Origin: Zygnema circumcarinatum SAG 698-1b
Taxonomy: Eukaryota; Plantae; Zygnematophyceae
Length of the DNA: 64,000 nucleotides
Reading direction: 5' to 3'
NCBI GenBank assembly: GCA_037447605.1
Contig: CM074821.1
Location: forward strand, 1,550,001 to 1,614,000
Below, piece after piece: positions 63,086-64,000 of this stretch (positions are counted from its first letter, which is position 1; each line of letters opens with the position of its first letter). The translations under genes and the position numbers were made by a program. Under the pieces are notes generated by a model. The model was not told the DNA's origin, searched no databases, and saw only the letters and a list, made by a program, of their open reading frames with translations.

Positions 63086-63835
63086 TCATGGAGGCGAACA
63101 GCTGTGAGGGCTTCTCATTTGCTTTTTTTAAGTTTTGACCAAGTTACGCTGCGTTTTGGCAGATAGGAGCGATGCGGAGTGGGCCGAAAGTCTCAAGAAC
63201 AAAGAAACGAGAAGAAAGCATACACCTCGATGCTGAAGAGGTTTCAGGTTTACGGAGTCCACAAATGAATACCTCGCAAAAGCATTCATCCAGCGAATGG
63301 CGCTGTTGTGAACATGGCAATGTCCGAAAAGATCATGTACCCGCACTGGGAAAGGAGGGATACTTCTCCACAATACTCGCGATGTCGGTTTGCGAGGTTG
63401 GCTCAAAACAAAATCCACGAATGCAGGAAGATGTTCCGAGTAAGCGAGGTCCCCCCGCTCACAAAGCTGAATTGAAGTTGACAAACGGAAAGAAAAATCA
63501 TCTGCGTGTTGGGTCATTACATCGCCAAGTAAAAGGAGCTCCCCACGTAGCATAATGCATATGCATAAAGCCTTAAAGAAGAAACGACCTTCAAGTAAAG
63601 CAAATTGAAGTCCTTACCATGGCGGCCCATGTACCCGTTCCCATAACAATCAAGTCGGCTGTTTCCGGTATGACAGCAAGAGTTCGATACGTTTCATTTG
63701 TGTACATGCCCTGACTGCGGCATCCATGTTCGTTGTTTACATAAATTCCGTCAACAAGAGTAAAGTTCATTCGAACGCTCAGATTTGAAGTGGGATCAGT
63801 TATCTCCCACGAACTAGTAGGCGTGGGATCCGGTC
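62554..63835 (-). CDS. 3' exons of an SGNH/PC-esterase (TBL-like acetyltransferase/esterase) domain protein; 5' part outside the window
   Basis: In-frame exons 63835-63618 (ADLIVMGTGTWAAM), 63466-63273 (RVLWRSIPPFP...HNSAIRWMNAFAR) and 62764-62554 (VKYMDFWP...KKDAHFSC, DxxH-C-like terminal motif). Confidence 0.55.
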
Positions 63836-64000
63836 CTGGATTCAATGGCAAGGAGGGGTGCGTTAGTGGGAACGGAAGAGGTTCAGAAAGCTCAGAAACA
63901 GAGGAGGGAGAGAGAGAGAGGGAGAGAGAGATAGAGAGAGAGAGAGAGAGACAGAGAGAGAGAGAAGAGAGAGAGAGAGAGATTGAGAGAGAGAGAGAGA

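Overview
Eukaryotic, plant-lineage genomic DNA: intron-dense genes, a nuclear-encoded chloroplast FtsY, a plant-type tRNA-Ala(AGC), and introns packed with CT/GA microsatellites. It is probably a streptophyte alga (inference), from a draft scaffold with 10-N and ~100-N gaps. Host genes assembled by hand from the six-frame translation plus GT-AG sites: ULP2/SPF-type SUMO protease (-), cpFtsY (+), GPI ethanolamine-phosphate transferase PIG-O (+), a 5'-partial LRR receptor-like gene (-), two convergent tRNA-Ala, an intronless Myb/SANT (trihelix-like) ORF (+), bifunctional nuclease BBD (-), an isolated SUB1-like glycosyltransferase exon (+) and the 3' end of an SGNH/PC-esterase-like gene (-). Two ~1.6-1.7 kb tandem duplications flank 10-N gaps and look like assembly artefacts. 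The most unusual region is 45.5-50.5 kb, a reciprocally nested set of non-autonomous TIR elements. An AGGGGG-TIR shell with AWT target duplication holds a CAGT-TIR element with TA duplication, which in turn holds another AGGGGG-TIR element. The CAGT element sits at the same shell position in two copies but in opposite orientation, and one site carries stacked mariner-like excision footprints. The innermost cargo is a ~2.7 kb foldback with two tRNA-Cys-like units. No database searches were run; family names come from motif recognition.
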